Below are positions 36,035-45,789 of a stretch of 59,777 nucleotides of DNA, piece after piece (position 1 is the first letter of the stretch; the number at the start of each line of letters is the position of its first letter). The notes beneath the pieces were generated by a model. It had not been told where the DNA came from. It made no database searches and worked only from the letters and a program-made list of their open reading frames with translations. The DNA is from a virus (Duplodnaviria; Caudoviricetes). The translations under genes and the position numbers were made by a program. The stretch lies in IMG/VR virus record IMGVR_UViG_3300025141_017126, positions 1-59,777 of that record, one strand, 5' to 3'.

Positions 36035-36331
36035 ATGAATCTTTACGATATTAAGGAAAACACGATAGATTATATTTTATCACTTCCTGAAGCAGAAAGA
36101 ATAACCTATTATGGAACATTAATAGATAAATTCTATCCTTCTATAAATAAAGACGCTCCCGAATTTGAAAGATTATTAGTCGCTTACGAAACAAGTTTTG
36201 TGGTAGAGAAAATCTATAGAAACAACAAAATATTCAGAAGCGGATTTACTAATGTGTATACCCAAACAGGATTACTTAGAAATAGCGTTTCTGATCTTTA
36301 TTTTGCAGATGACGATTTAATAACTCATTAA
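36035..36331 (+). CDS. Hypothetical protein
   Basis: GGGAG RBS; ends LITH. Confidence 0.6.
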   Translation: MNLYDIKENTIDYILSLPEAERITYYGTLIDKFYPSINKDAPEFERLLVAYETSFVVEKIYRNNKIFRSGFTNVYTQTGLLRNSVSDLYFADDDLITH

Positions 36332-36367
36332 TCTAATAGTTATATACAAATTAATGTTATTTCTCTA

Positions 36368-36396
36368 TTGACTAATAATCTTTTATAAGATAGAAT
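36368..36396 (+). promoter_or_regulatory. Sigma70 promoter
   Basis: TTGACT-N17-TAGAAT. Confidence 0.75.
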
Positions 36397-36398
36397 AT

Positions 36399-36438
36399 AA
36401 ACTGATAGTTAAGAATTTTTAACTGTCAGTTTTTTTTT
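36399..36438 (+). terminator. Promoter-proximal terminator-like hairpin
   Basis: AACTGATAGTTAA/TTAACTGTCAGTT followed by a T tract. Confidence 0.65.
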
Positions 36439-36461
36439 GATTAATCAAGAGGAGTAATTCT

Positions 36462-36623
36462 ATGCTAAGTAGTCATGAATATCTATTACTATCAGGGTTA
36501 AAATCAGAATTAGAATTTATACAAGTTATGGTAGAACAAAACCCAGAACAAAATCAATCACTTATAGTGGTAAAAAATTATTTAGAAAAAAGGGTAGCAG
36601 AACTACAACAAAATGATAACTAA
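36462..36623 (+). CDS. Small hypothetical protein (not in ORF track)
   Basis: AGGAG RBS; 53 aa MLSSHEYLLLSGLKSELEF... Confidence 0.65.
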   Translation: MLSSHEYLLLSGLKSELEFIQVMVEQNPEQNQSLIVVKNYLEKRVAELQQNDN

Positions 36624-36636
36624 AAGTATATTTAAC

Positions 36637-36666
36637 TTGACTAATCCTCTCTTTATAAAGTATAAT
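36637..36666 (+). promoter_or_regulatory. Promoter, leaderless
   Basis: TTGACT-N18-TATAAT, ATG 7 nt downstream. Confidence 0.7.
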
Positions 36667-36673
36667 ATAAACT

Positions 36674-37450
36674 ATGGCTAAAACTATTGAAATACCAGAA
36701 GCTAAAATAAGACAAGCCATCTGGATGTTAAAAACAAATAAAACAAAAAAATCAATCTGTGAACATCTAGGGATTGCTTATAATACAAAAAGAATAGACA
36801 CAATTATAAGTGAATTTCGAGAAAAACAGGCGCGTACTCAAGAATTAAAAACAAAAGCACGACAAAAATCATTAACTCACAGTGAAGAATTAAGTATAAT
36901 TTCATCATATGAGGAAGGGGAAAGTATGTCTGCAATTGCAGAAAAACTTTATTTAACTCCTCAACGTATTAAAAAAGTACTTTTGACACACGGGGTTCCC
37001 TTAAGAGCACGAAAAAAGAAAGGGGCAGCGCAAGTTGACCATATTGTTCAAGATTTGGAAGTAAAATTTAATATTGGAGACAGAGTTTTTGTCTCTAGTA
37101 CTAGTGAATTTGCAACAATTCAAGATGTATTCGATGAAGAGTGGATTCAGTACCATAGTGAAAATTATCGTTCTCGGTATGTTGAATTATCACCACTTAA
37201 AGAAGCTCGGAAACAATTCGGAGAAGAATTTGAAGGTCGAGAAGATGTTCATTGGAATATCTATTGGGAATATGAAAATGGTAGATCGTGTAAATCTTTT
37301 GCTATGAAACATGAAATAGCAAGACATCAAGAAGATATTGCTCGTTATGGACGAGAAACTTATCTAATAGCAATTATGGGAGATCAAAGTCATTACAGAG
37401 AACTTCCTAGACATCAACTTTTTCCAATTAGGCATGAAAACGGTAATTAA
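36674..37450 (+). CDS. T5 D2-like DNA-binding protein
   Basis: EIP......TKK..CE.LG...N and Y..GES...IA...Y motifs like T5 D2. Confidence 0.7.
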   Translation: MAKTIEIPEAKIRQAIWMLKTNKTKKSICEHLGIAYNTKRIDTIISEFREKQARTQELKTKARQKSLTHSEELSIISSYEEGESMSAIAEKLYLTPQRIKKVLLTHGVPLRARKKKGAAQVDHIVQDLEVKFNIGDRVFVSSTSEFATIQDVFDEEWIQYHSENYRSRYVELSPLKEARKQFGEEFEGREDVHWNIYWEYENGRSCKSFAMKHEIARHQEDIARYGRETYLIAIMGDQSHYRELPRHQLFPIRHENGN

Positions 37451-38838
37451 TGGCACTAGATTTACAAAAAGTCACTATCAGAAAACTTTTAGAAACTCAA
37501 AATCATGATTTCTTTACAAAATTAATTCCTCAATTTTTTACAGGAGCTAATACTGGCTTATATTCAAAGATAGAAAATTTTTATAAAGCACATCTAAAAC
37601 TACCATCGGTAGAAGAGATGGTGATGCTTAATAAAGATGAATCTATTCAAGAGTATCTTGAATCACAAATATTGGGTGAAGATAATAGTGTACCGAATAT
37701 AGAGAATGATTTTTTAGTTAGTCAATTACAGGATTTCTTCGTTAGAGAAGAAACTATTACATTTTTAGACAAATTTGTTGATGACTTAGAAGATTTAGAA
37801 AAAATTGAAATTATTGATAAATTTCAAGACCATCTCTTAAGCATGAATAATGCTATCCCAACTTCTGAAGAACTGTATGATGTTGCAGACTTGGAGTTTT
37901 TTCCTACATCAGAAGATTTTACCTTATTTCCTTCAGGATTAAGTGCAGAATATGATGCAGTAAACGGAGGATTTGCCACTCAAGAATTAGTATTATTAGG
38001 TGGAAGAAGAGGGTCTGGTAAATCTATTATTAGTTTAAATTGTGCTATTGAAAGATATATACAAGGTAGTACAGTAGCTTTTTTTACAATAGAAATGAGG
38101 TATAAAGAAGTTCAAGACAGAATTCTTAGTATTGTAAGTAATGTACCATTTCTTGATATTTATAAAAATAAACTAAGTGATAATCAAAAGATACAAATAG
38201 CAGAGAGTAAGTGTGCAACATTTTATAAAAAGACAGATTTTATTAATGAAAAATTATCTAAACTTAAAAATGATTATAATTTTGACAGCTTTGAAGAAGA
38301 GTTTAAAATACATAAGCCAGAAAAATTGGATCGACAATTCTTTATTATCGATGATGCCGCTATCTCCTTAAATAGAATTGACCATTATTGTAATATGTTT
38401 AATAGTAAACATAGTAATTTTACAATGGGAGTTGTAGATTACATTAATATTGTTAAGTATGATGATCAAAAAGACTGGAAATCACAAATAGCTATTGCAG
38501 AAGCATTAAAATTAATGAGTCGTAAATATGATATTACTATGTTTAGTCCTTATCAAATTGATGCAGGTGGAGAAGCAAGATTTTCTAAAGGAATTTTAGA
38601 TAGCGCAGATAGAGGTTTTAATTTCTTTCCTCCTAATGAAAATGACGATCCCAATAGAATTATAGTTCATACTACTAAAATTAGAAATGGAAAAGCTATG
38701 AATTTTGATATTGGAATGAATTGGGAATGTACTAAAGTAGTTTCTGCAGATAGCCAACTTATTAATGAAAAACCACTAGGAATTGCCAAATATGGATCAG
38801 ATAAAACGGAATCGGAAAATGACTTACGGAGTGCATAA
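37450..38838 (+). CDS. DnaB-like replicative helicase (T5 D6)
   Basis: GGRRGSGKS, IEM, VDY and PYQID..GEARFSKG.LD.AD motifs. Confidence 0.93.
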   Translation: MALDLQKVTIRKLLETQNHDFFTKLIPQFFTGANTGLYSKIENFYKAHLKLPSVEEMVMLNKDESIQEYLESQILGEDNSVPNIENDFLVSQLQDFFVREETITFLDKFVDDLEDLEKIEIIDKFQDHLLSMNNAIPTSEELYDVADLEFFPTSEDFTLFPSGLSAEYDAVNGGFATQELVLLGGRRGSGKSIISLNCAIERYIQGSTVAFFTIEMRYKEVQDRILSIVSNVPFLDIYKNKLSDNQKIQIAESKCATFYKKTDFINEKLSKLKNDYNFDSFEEEFKIHKPEKLDRQFFIIDDAAISLNRIDHYCNMFNSKHSNFTMGVVDYINIVKYDDQKDWKSQIAIAEALKLMSRKYDITMFSPYQIDAGGEARFSKGILDSADRGFNFFPPNENDDPNRIIVHTTKIRNGKAMNFDIGMNWECTKVVSADSQLINEKPLGIAKYGSDKTESENDLRSA

Positions 38839-39232
38839 ATACACATCTTATAAAGAAACTCCTTTTATGAAAAATGAAAACTTAGTTTATAAAGAACATA
38901 AACATTGTATAGTTATTTGGGATAAATATCCTGTTTGTGACGGACATTTATTATTCGTTCCAAAACTTAATAAGCAATTTCATGTTACTATAGCATTTAA
39001 ATGTGCAATTGATGAAGGAAAATATCAAGTAAATAAAGGCTTAATTGATGGTTATCACGTTGGGGTAAATATGCATAGAGCAGGAGGACAAACAGTAGAA
39101 TGGCCTCACGTTCACTTTATACCTAGATTATTACATGATAGTGGAACTGAAGAAATTGGAAGTGTACGATTAGCTAGAGTAGGTGGAAAACTTGCTAATT
39201 CTTATAACCACCACCCAGAATTTATAAAATAA
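38819..39232 (+). CDS. HIT-family nucleotide hydrolase
   Basis: DKYPV..GH.L.VP and AGGQTV.WPHVH.IPR motifs. Confidence 0.88.
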   Translation: MTYGVHKYTSYKETPFMKNENLVYKEHKHCIVIWDKYPVCDGHLLFVPKLNKQFHVTIAFKCAIDEGKYQVNKGLIDGYHVGVNMHRAGGQTVEWPHVHFIPRLLHDSGTEEIGSVRLARVGGKLANSYNHHPEFIK

Positions 39233-40102
39233 ATGGCAGAATTATTAGAAATACTCGATACCCATAAAGTAAGTTACAAAAAAACTAATAATCCAAGTGA
39301 AATCCTTATTAAATGTACTGGGGGTAATCATAATGATGAAAACCCAAGTTTAAGTTATAATTTGGATAATAATATTTTTCACTGTTGGAGTTGTGGATTT
39401 AGTGGAGGAAAAAATAAATTTCTAAAGAGTATCGGAGTTACTACTAATCTCACTCTTGATACAAAGCAACCTTATAGGATATTAAAAGTTAAACAAAAAC
39501 TTAAAAAGATAATAGAAAAAGGCAGTATTAACATGCCATCAATTAGACGACCAGCAAAAGGGGAATATAAAAATATTTCTACTCGCACAATGGTTGAATT
39601 TGATGCTTTTTTTACTGACCAATACGGATTAACTGACTATATCTGTATTCCAATTTATCAATTTAACAAACTAAGATTTATTGAAGGAAGATATAGATTC
39701 AATAATAAACAAGATAAACCGAAGTATATGCGTAGACCAGGAGGGGCTACAGTAAATAATATACTATTTCCAATTGATAAACTTAAAGCAGGGGTAGAAG
39801 TTATAATAGTTGAAGGATTATTTGATATGATGAATCTTTGGCAACATGGATACCATAATACTCTTTGTACTTTTGGAACACAAAATTTTGGAGATAAAAA
39901 GATAGAATTATTAGATAAACTAGGAATCACGTCAGTAAAAGTAATGATGGATGGAGATTCTGCTGGCCTTCTAGCAGCCAAAAAAATAAGTCATCTGTTG
40001 GAAAAGTTTGATTTTCAAACTTCAATAATTAAATTACCATCTCATAAAGACCCAGGAGCTTTAACCGCAGATGAGATTAAATACTACTTGTCAACTTCTT
40101 AA
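39233..40102 (+). CDS. DNA primase (CHC2 + TOPRIM)
   Basis: C...H.D.NPS, HCWSCG, VEG.FD, DGD.AG and KDP motifs. Confidence 0.92.
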   Translation: MAELLEILDTHKVSYKKTNNPSEILIKCTGGNHNDENPSLSYNLDNNIFHCWSCGFSGGKNKFLKSIGVTTNLTLDTKQPYRILKVKQKLKKIIEKGSINMPSIRRPAKGEYKNISTRTMVEFDAFFTDQYGLTDYICIPIYQFNKLRFIEGRYRFNNKQDKPKYMRRPGGATVNNILFPIDKLKAGVEVIIVEGLFDMMNLWQHGYHNTLCTFGTQNFGDKKIELLDKLGITSVKVMMDGDSAGLLAAKKISHLLEKFDFQTSIIKLPSHKDPGALTADEIKYYLSTS

Positions 40103-40116
40103 TTTTAGGGTATAAT
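40088..40116 (+). promoter_or_regulatory. Promoter of the DNA polymerase gene (leaderless)
   Basis: TTGTCA-N17-TATAAT, ATG 6 nt downstream. Confidence 0.75.
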
Positions 40117-40122
40117 AAAAAC

Positions 40123-42366
40123 ATGACTAACACAATTGCATTTATATTTGCTTCGGCATCTGAAAAAAATCCCGCCAGAGTATTATCCGATTATGACAAA
40201 AAGATTGGATCATATGACACACTCTTCTTATGTTCAAAAGAAAAAGAAAAAATTCTTAAAAAAGATGTAGACTTAGATTTTAAAGAATTAGAAAAATACC
40301 AAATTGTATGTCCTGTTGGGGCAGAATCTCTTAAATATGTTTGTGGGTTAACTGGAATTACTAAATATAATGGAGTTTTTGTAGAAAAACGCTATGTTCC
40401 TGTTATTCATCCAAACTTAACAGTTTTTAAACCTCAATATCAGGATGATATTAAAAAAGCATTTTCTACTATAGAAAAAGTAATAAATGGAACTATTGAT
40501 TCCTCTAAATTTGACAAACATTATCAAGTAATAGATACTCAATCCGAGTTTATTCCTTATTTAGAAATATTACAAAAAAGTGATAGAATAGTAGTTGATA
40601 TTGAAACTACATCTCTTTCTCCCAGGAAAGGAGCTGTATTAGGTATAGCTCTGAGTACCAAAGAACATGAGGGAATATATGTAACTGCAGAAGTAGCCGA
40701 ATTATTCATTGATGAACTTGCAGAAGTTTTTCGAGAAAAAACTTGTATCTTTCATAATTCTAAATTTGATATGAGTTTTCTAAAATATGAATTCGGATTT
40801 GAATTTCCAAAATTTGAAGATACTATGCTTCTACATTATTGCTTAGAAGAGGCAGTTGGAACTCACGGTTTAAAACAATTAGCAATGAGATTTACTGATC
40901 TTGGAGATTATGAAAAAGAATTAGACGATTATAAAAAGACATTTGCTAGGAAAAACAAAATTAAACTGGAAGATTTTAATTATGGTATGCTTCCAGTTGA
41001 TATATTAGCTCCTTATGCTTGTAAAGATGCAGATGGAACTTTTCAGTTATTTAATAAATTTTATCCTTTAGTAACTGAGAATGACAAATTTGATAAACTT
41101 TATGAAGAAATTTTAAAACCCGCTACTCTTGCGTTATCACAGTTGGAAAATAACGGTGGTCCAATTAGTATAGAACATGCACAAGATTTACAAGACAATT
41201 ACGCAATAGATATAGAAGAATGTATTAATGAAATTTCTATGGATGAAAGCGTAAAAAGATTTGAAAGAATTCACGAAAAAACATTCAATCCGAATAGTAC
41301 ATTACAACTTAGAGAAGTATTTTTTAATATTTTAAAATTAAGATCAACTAAAAAGACTGCTACAGGTGCTCAATCTACGGATAAAGAAGTTTTAGCTGAA
41401 TTAGTTCATCCTTTATCAGATGCTATTCTCGATTTAAGAGAAAAAACTAAACTCAGTAATACTTATATTAGAAATATTCTAAATGGGTTAGATAAAGATT
41501 ATCGTCTTAGGTCATCTTTTAATGTACATGGAACAACTAGTGGAAGGCTTAGTAGTTCAGGAACTCTGAATTATCAAAATATTCCAAGAGATAACAAAGA
41601 TATTAAAAAGTTATTTAGAGCTAGAGAAGGATTCCAGATCGTTCAATGCGATTTAAAAACAGCTGAAGTTTATTATGCCGCTGCACTAAGTAAAGATTCT
41701 TTTCTTCAACGGGCTTTTATTGAAAATCTTGATTTTCATTCTTATGTTGCAAAACAAATATTTAATTTATCATGTAGGATTGATGAGGTTAAGACAGATT
41801 ATCCTGATCAACGACAATATGCAAAGGCAATCACTTTTGGTATAATGTATCAAGCAGGACCAGCAAAAGTAGCTGAAACTGCTAATATATCTTTTCCACA
41901 AGCCAAACAATTTATTTCTAAGTATTTTAATGAAGCATCTAGATTAAAAATATGGATTGACCAATCTAATATCTTTATTGAGAATAATGCTTATATTTAT
42001 AGTTATTTTGGAAGAAAAAGACGATTACCAGAAAGTAAAAGTCCAAACAAAGGAGTAGCAAAACACGCTGTCCGAAGTGGTGTAAATTTCTTAGTACAAA
42101 GTGTAGCAAGTGACATTAATGTACTTGGAGTAATTGATACAATTAATTGGATTAAAACAAATAAATATGATAAAGTTATGATTCCTTTTACAGTAGTTCA
42201 TGATTCTATCGTGGCTGAAGTACAAGATAATTATATAGATGAGTGGGTAACTAATGTACAAGGATTTTTACAAAAACCACGAGGAATAGAAATTCCAAAA
42301 TGCCCAATAGGAGTAGATTTTGAAGTCGGTCCTAGTTGGGGTGATCTAAATGACTACAAAGTTTGA
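40123..42366 (+). CDS. polA: Family A DNA polymerase, T5-type
   Basis: N-terminal T5-type domain (VGAE), exonuclease DIET/HN.KFD/Y...D, SGRLSS, motif B RQYAKAITFG, VHDS. Confidence 0.96.
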   Translation: MTNTIAFIFASASEKNPARVLSDYDKKIGSYDTLFLCSKEKEKILKKDVDLDFKELEKYQIVCPVGAESLKYVCGLTGITKYNGVFVEKRYVPVIHPNLTVFKPQYQDDIKKAFSTIEKVINGTIDSSKFDKHYQVIDTQSEFIPYLEILQKSDRIVVDIETTSLSPRKGAVLGIALSTKEHEGIYVTAEVAELFIDELAEVFREKTCIFHNSKFDMSFLKYEFGFEFPKFEDTMLLHYCLEEAVGTHGLKQLAMRFTDLGDYEKELDDYKKTFARKNKIKLEDFNYGMLPVDILAPYACKDADGTFQLFNKFYPLVTENDKFDKLYEEILKPATLALSQLENNGGPISIEHAQDLQDNYAIDIEECINEISMDESVKRFERIHEKTFNPNSTLQLREVFFNILKLRSTKKTATGAQSTDKEVLAELVHPLSDAILDLREKTKLSNTYIRNILNGLDKDYRLRSSFNVHGTTSGRLSSSGTLNYQNIPRDNKDIKKLFRAREGFQIVQCDLKTAEVYYAAALSKDSFLQRAFIENLDFHSYVAKQIFNLSCRIDEVKTDYPDQRQYAKAITFGIMYQAGPAKVAETANISFPQAKQFISKYFNEASRLKIWIDQSNIFIENNAYIYSYFGRKRRLPESKSPNKGVAKHAVRSGVNFLVQSVASDINVLGVIDTINWIKTNKYDKVMIPFTVVHDSIVAEVQDNYIDEWVTNVQGFLQKPRGIEIPKCPIGVDFEVGPSWGDLNDYKV

Positions 42367-42868
42367 TGGAATAAAATTTCCTTTATTTGGGCTAAAGAAT
42401 AAACCACATAAAATATCATTTTCTAATACCTCTATTATTTTAACTAAATTTAAATACGGTAAAACATATATCTTAGATGATATCTCTTTGGTAGGAAAAA
42501 AGTATGCAGAAAGATTATTAGAACTAGATGCTATACATCCTCAGACTAGAATAGTCTTTGACTCTACATTTACTTCCTTATCTCAACTTATTAAATCAAT
42601 TGATAAAATAAAATGGGGATTAGATTCAGACGGAAAAAGTTTTAATTTAGGTCGTAAACAAAAATTTAAAGCTCAAATAGCACAAGTTAAAAAGAAAAAC
42701 GATAATTTACTATGGATTGACGGAATTTCCTATCCTTTTGAAATTCCTTATATGATTGACGACTTTAAATCTCAAGATTTATATGCGTTATTAGTTAATA
42801 TAAATCATACATGGTATGTTAGAGAATTTACACACGAACATAAACATATAACGGAAATTAAAATATAA
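42350..42868 (+). CDS. Conserved T5-like protein downstream of the polymerase
   Basis: FP.F.L ... LDD....G..YA.R.L ... DS.GK.F; T5 synteny. Confidence 0.6.
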   Translation: MTTKFDGIKFPLFGLKNKPHKISFSNTSIILTKFKYGKTYILDDISLVGKKYAERLLELDAIHPQTRIVFDSTFTSLSQLIKSIDKIKWGLDSDGKSFNLGRKQKFKAQIAQVKKKNDNLLWIDGISYPFEIPYMIDDFKSQDLYALLVNINHTWYVREFTHEHKHITEIKI

Positions 42869-42902
42869 TGCAAACATTTTTACCCTATGTCTGGCCTATA
42901 AA

Positions 42903-43766
42903 ATGAATCATTTGCTTTCTATAGATCAGTATAACTATGACATGTTACATTCTCTTTTTGAAAATGTAGCTAGAGAAGAATATGGATTTATAGAAACAAG
43001 TTATTATAAAAAAGGTCAAATTGCTACTTTATTTTATGAACCATCAACCAGAACAAGCGCTAGCTTTCATAGTGCAGCCACTCAATTAGGATATTCTGTT
43101 TTACCTATTAATGAAGTTACCTATTCAAGTGTAACTAAAGGGGAAACATTAGAAGACACTATTAGAACCATAGGTAGTTATGTTGATTTAATTGTTCTAC
43201 GTCATGGAAAAAAAGGAGCGTCAAAAAAAGCTGCCTCAGTATCCCAAGTTCCTATTATTAATGCAGGAGATGGAATAGGGGAACACCCTACCCAAACACT
43301 GTTAGATTTATATACTATTTGGAAAGAAAAACTTAATATTGATGGATTAACTATTACTTTAATGGGAGATTTAAAAAATGGACGTACTACCCATAGTTTA
43401 GTTAAAGTTTTAAGATTATTTAATGTTCAAATTAATTTAATTAGCCCTCCTAGTTTAAAATTACCTGATGAATACTTGAAACCTACAGATTGTGAAGCAA
43501 CTCAATTCGAACCTTATGCATCTACAACGGATGTTTTGTATGTGACAAGAGTTCAAGAAGAAAGAGGGTCAAAAGAAGAGTATAAACTTTCTTTATCAGA
43601 ATTAAATAAGCTACCTAATACAGCTCTTGTACTTCATCCTCTACCACGAAGAAAAGAATTACCTATTGCATTCGATAGTGACCCTCGTGCAAAATATTTC
43701 CAACAAATTAAAAATGGTTTATTAGTAAGAAAAGCCCTATTACGACAATTTTTAGAACATGATTGA
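42903..43766 (+). CDS. pyrB: Aspartate carbamoyltransferase catalytic subunit
   Basis: FYEPSTRT, KGETL.DT, INAGDG..EHPTQ, RVQ.ER and HPLP motifs. Confidence 0.95.
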   Translation: MNHLLSIDQYNYDMLHSLFENVAREEYGFIETSYYKKGQIATLFYEPSTRTSASFHSAATQLGYSVLPINEVTYSSVTKGETLEDTIRTIGSYVDLIVLRHGKKGASKKAASVSQVPIINAGDGIGEHPTQTLLDLYTIWKEKLNIDGLTITLMGDLKNGRTTHSLVKVLRLFNVQINLISPPSLKLPDEYLKPTDCEATQFEPYASTTDVLYVTRVQEERGSKEEYKLSLSELNKLPNTALVLHPLPRRKELPIAFDSDPRAKYFQQIKNGLLVRKALLRQFLEHD

Positions 43767-45054
43767 TAAAATAAAAATTCAAAACGCAATTTTACAAGAT
43801 AAAATGTATATCTTTAAGAAAGATATAAGTGATCCTGCACGTTTTGAGTCTCAATTTAGAGAAATTATTGACAAAGACATATTTGAATGGTTTGATTATG
43901 ACAAAGAAAGTGAACTATACACTATCCCAAGTAACGCTTACCACAAATTAAATTTAATACAATATGATGACCAACGTAATTTTAAAGAATCGGAAACTGA
44001 ATTTAATTTTAAAGGTCAGCTTAGACCAGAGCAACAAAAAGTATCTGACGCATTTTTTAAACGAAAAGGACGAATAACAAGTGGACTCTTTCAAGCTCCT
44101 TGTGGATGGGGCAAAACATATGTAGGATGTAACATAATAGCTAGAGCTAATTTACCTACCTTAATCATGGTTCACACCAAACTCTTATTTAAACAATGGC
44201 AAGAAGAATTACAAAAACAATTACCTAATATTCCTATAGGAACAGTGGGTGATGGGGAGTTTAATCTTCAAGAGATTACAGTAGGAATTTATAAAAGCGT
44301 TTATAATAATTTAGCATTATTAAATAATAAATTTAGTATGATTATGGTTGATGAAGCTCACTTATGTCCTGCTGAATTATTTTCCACCGCTCTTAATAAT
44401 ATTAATTGTAAAATTAAAATAGCTATTACTGCTACACCCAAAAGAAAAGATGGAAAACATATTGTTTTAAAAGACTATTTTACTCCATTTATTATTTATG
44501 CTCAAGATTTAATTAAAAAAGATAATCCTTTAGTAGAATTAGTAAATACCGATATTCCTTTCAATGTTCTCGACCCGAAAAGAGATTGGAGTCGGCAACT
44601 AAATAAACTTACCGAAAGAAATGAATATGTAAATCTTATTAGTGAGGTTGCTACCCAAGATATTGCTAATGGAAGATGTCCGTTAATTTTATCAGAACGA
44701 GTAAATATGCTAAAAAATTTGCAAAAGCTAATTAAAGGAAGTGTTTTATTAATTGGGGAAACTAAAGAAGAAGATAGAAAAGATATTTTAAAAAATGCGG
44801 GAACTAAATATAAAGCTATTCTTTCAACTAAAATTTTTGATGAAGGAATAAGTTGTCACAGACTCGATACTTTATACTTAACTTGCCCAAGTAATAATCC
44901 TATTAAATTAGAACAACGTATAGGGCGTATTTTAAGAGAACATCCAGATAAAAAACATCCTCTAATAAGAGATTTTCAGTTACGAGGGGCAATTGTACAC
45001 AAACAACAACTTAATCGCTTAAACTGGTATCAAGAAAAAGGATTTATATTATGA
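43759..45054 (+). CDS. SF2 helicase (T5 D10/UvsW-like)
   Basis: APCGWGKT, DEAH, TAT and QRIGRI.R motifs. Confidence 0.92.
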   Translation: MIDKIKIQNAILQDKMYIFKKDISDPARFESQFREIIDKDIFEWFDYDKESELYTIPSNAYHKLNLIQYDDQRNFKESETEFNFKGQLRPEQQKVSDAFFKRKGRITSGLFQAPCGWGKTYVGCNIIARANLPTLIMVHTKLLFKQWQEELQKQLPNIPIGTVGDGEFNLQEITVGIYKSVYNNLALLNNKFSMIMVDEAHLCPAELFSTALNNINCKIKIAITATPKRKDGKHIVLKDYFTPFIIYAQDLIKKDNPLVELVNTDIPFNVLDPKRDWSRQLNKLTERNEYVNLISEVATQDIANGRCPLILSERVNMLKNLQKLIKGSVLLIGETKEEDRKDILKNAGTKYKAILSTKIFDEGISCHRLDTLYLTCPSNNPIKLEQRIGRILREHPDKKHPLIRDFQLRGAIVHKQQLNRLNWYQEKGFIL

Positions 45055-45344
45055 ATTTATTGAAAAAAAAAAAGAAATCTTCACTAGAAAAAGAAATAGA
45101 AATTTTACTTGAATCTAAGATTAATCCTCAAGTTGCTATGCATGGAGGGCGCATAGAATTTAGAGAATGGGATGCAGATAATGGAATTCTGTATTTATTC
45201 TTAAGAGGAGCTTGTAGTGGATGCTCTATGTCAAGTGCAACATTAAAAATGGGTGTAGAAAATATGGTTAAACATTATTTTCCAGAAGTAAAATTAGTAG
45301 AAGGAATAGATGACCCAGATTCGGAAGTTGATCCTTATTACTAA
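45051..45344 (+). CDS. NifU/NfuA C-terminal domain Fe-S scaffold
   Basis: I.P.VA.HGG, L.GACSGC..S..TLK.GVE......PEV. Confidence 0.92.
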   Translation: MNLLKKKKKSSLEKEIEILLESKINPQVAMHGGRIEFREWDADNGILYLFLRGACSGCSMSSATLKMGVENMVKHYFPEVKLVEGIDDPDSEVDPYY

Positions 45345-45347
45345 ATT

Positions 45348-45779
45348 ATGTATTATTTTAATTGGAAAGAATTATGGGTAGACAGTGAAGGGCAACCTGA
45401 ATCAATCTTGATATTGACACATGCTCTAACTATAGGTTATAATAATATTATTGCTAGTTCAAGTCAACAATTAATGAAGAAACTTTTTATTAATAAAATA
45501 GACTTTCAATTATTTAGAACTCGCAAATTAAAGGCATTAAAAAATAATTCTATTTTTAGTGCTTATAAATGTAAAGATAAACAAAGCTACTTTAAAGATA
45601 AGGAATTTTTATTTACTACAATAAACCCTAATAATAAAGTAGAATATCTTTATTTATTGAGTAAACGCTCAATAACCAACACAAACCATTACATTCCAAA
45701 GAATTATGTATCTTCCAAACATTGGAAAAATACATTCGTCAAAGAACGAACTGATAAATTGGAATTCATTTTAGAATAG
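45348..45779 (+). CDS. Conserved T5-like hypothetical protein
   Basis: M.YFNW..L...S.G start; located between D10 and D11. Confidence 0.55.
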   Translation: MYYFNWKELWVDSEGQPESILILTHALTIGYNNIIASSSQQLMKKLFINKIDFQLFRTRKLKALKNNSIFSAYKCKDKQSYFKDKEFLFTTINPNNKVEYLYLLSKRSITNTNHYIPKNYVSSKHWKNTFVKERTDKLEFILE

Positions 45780-45789
45780 GAGAAATACT

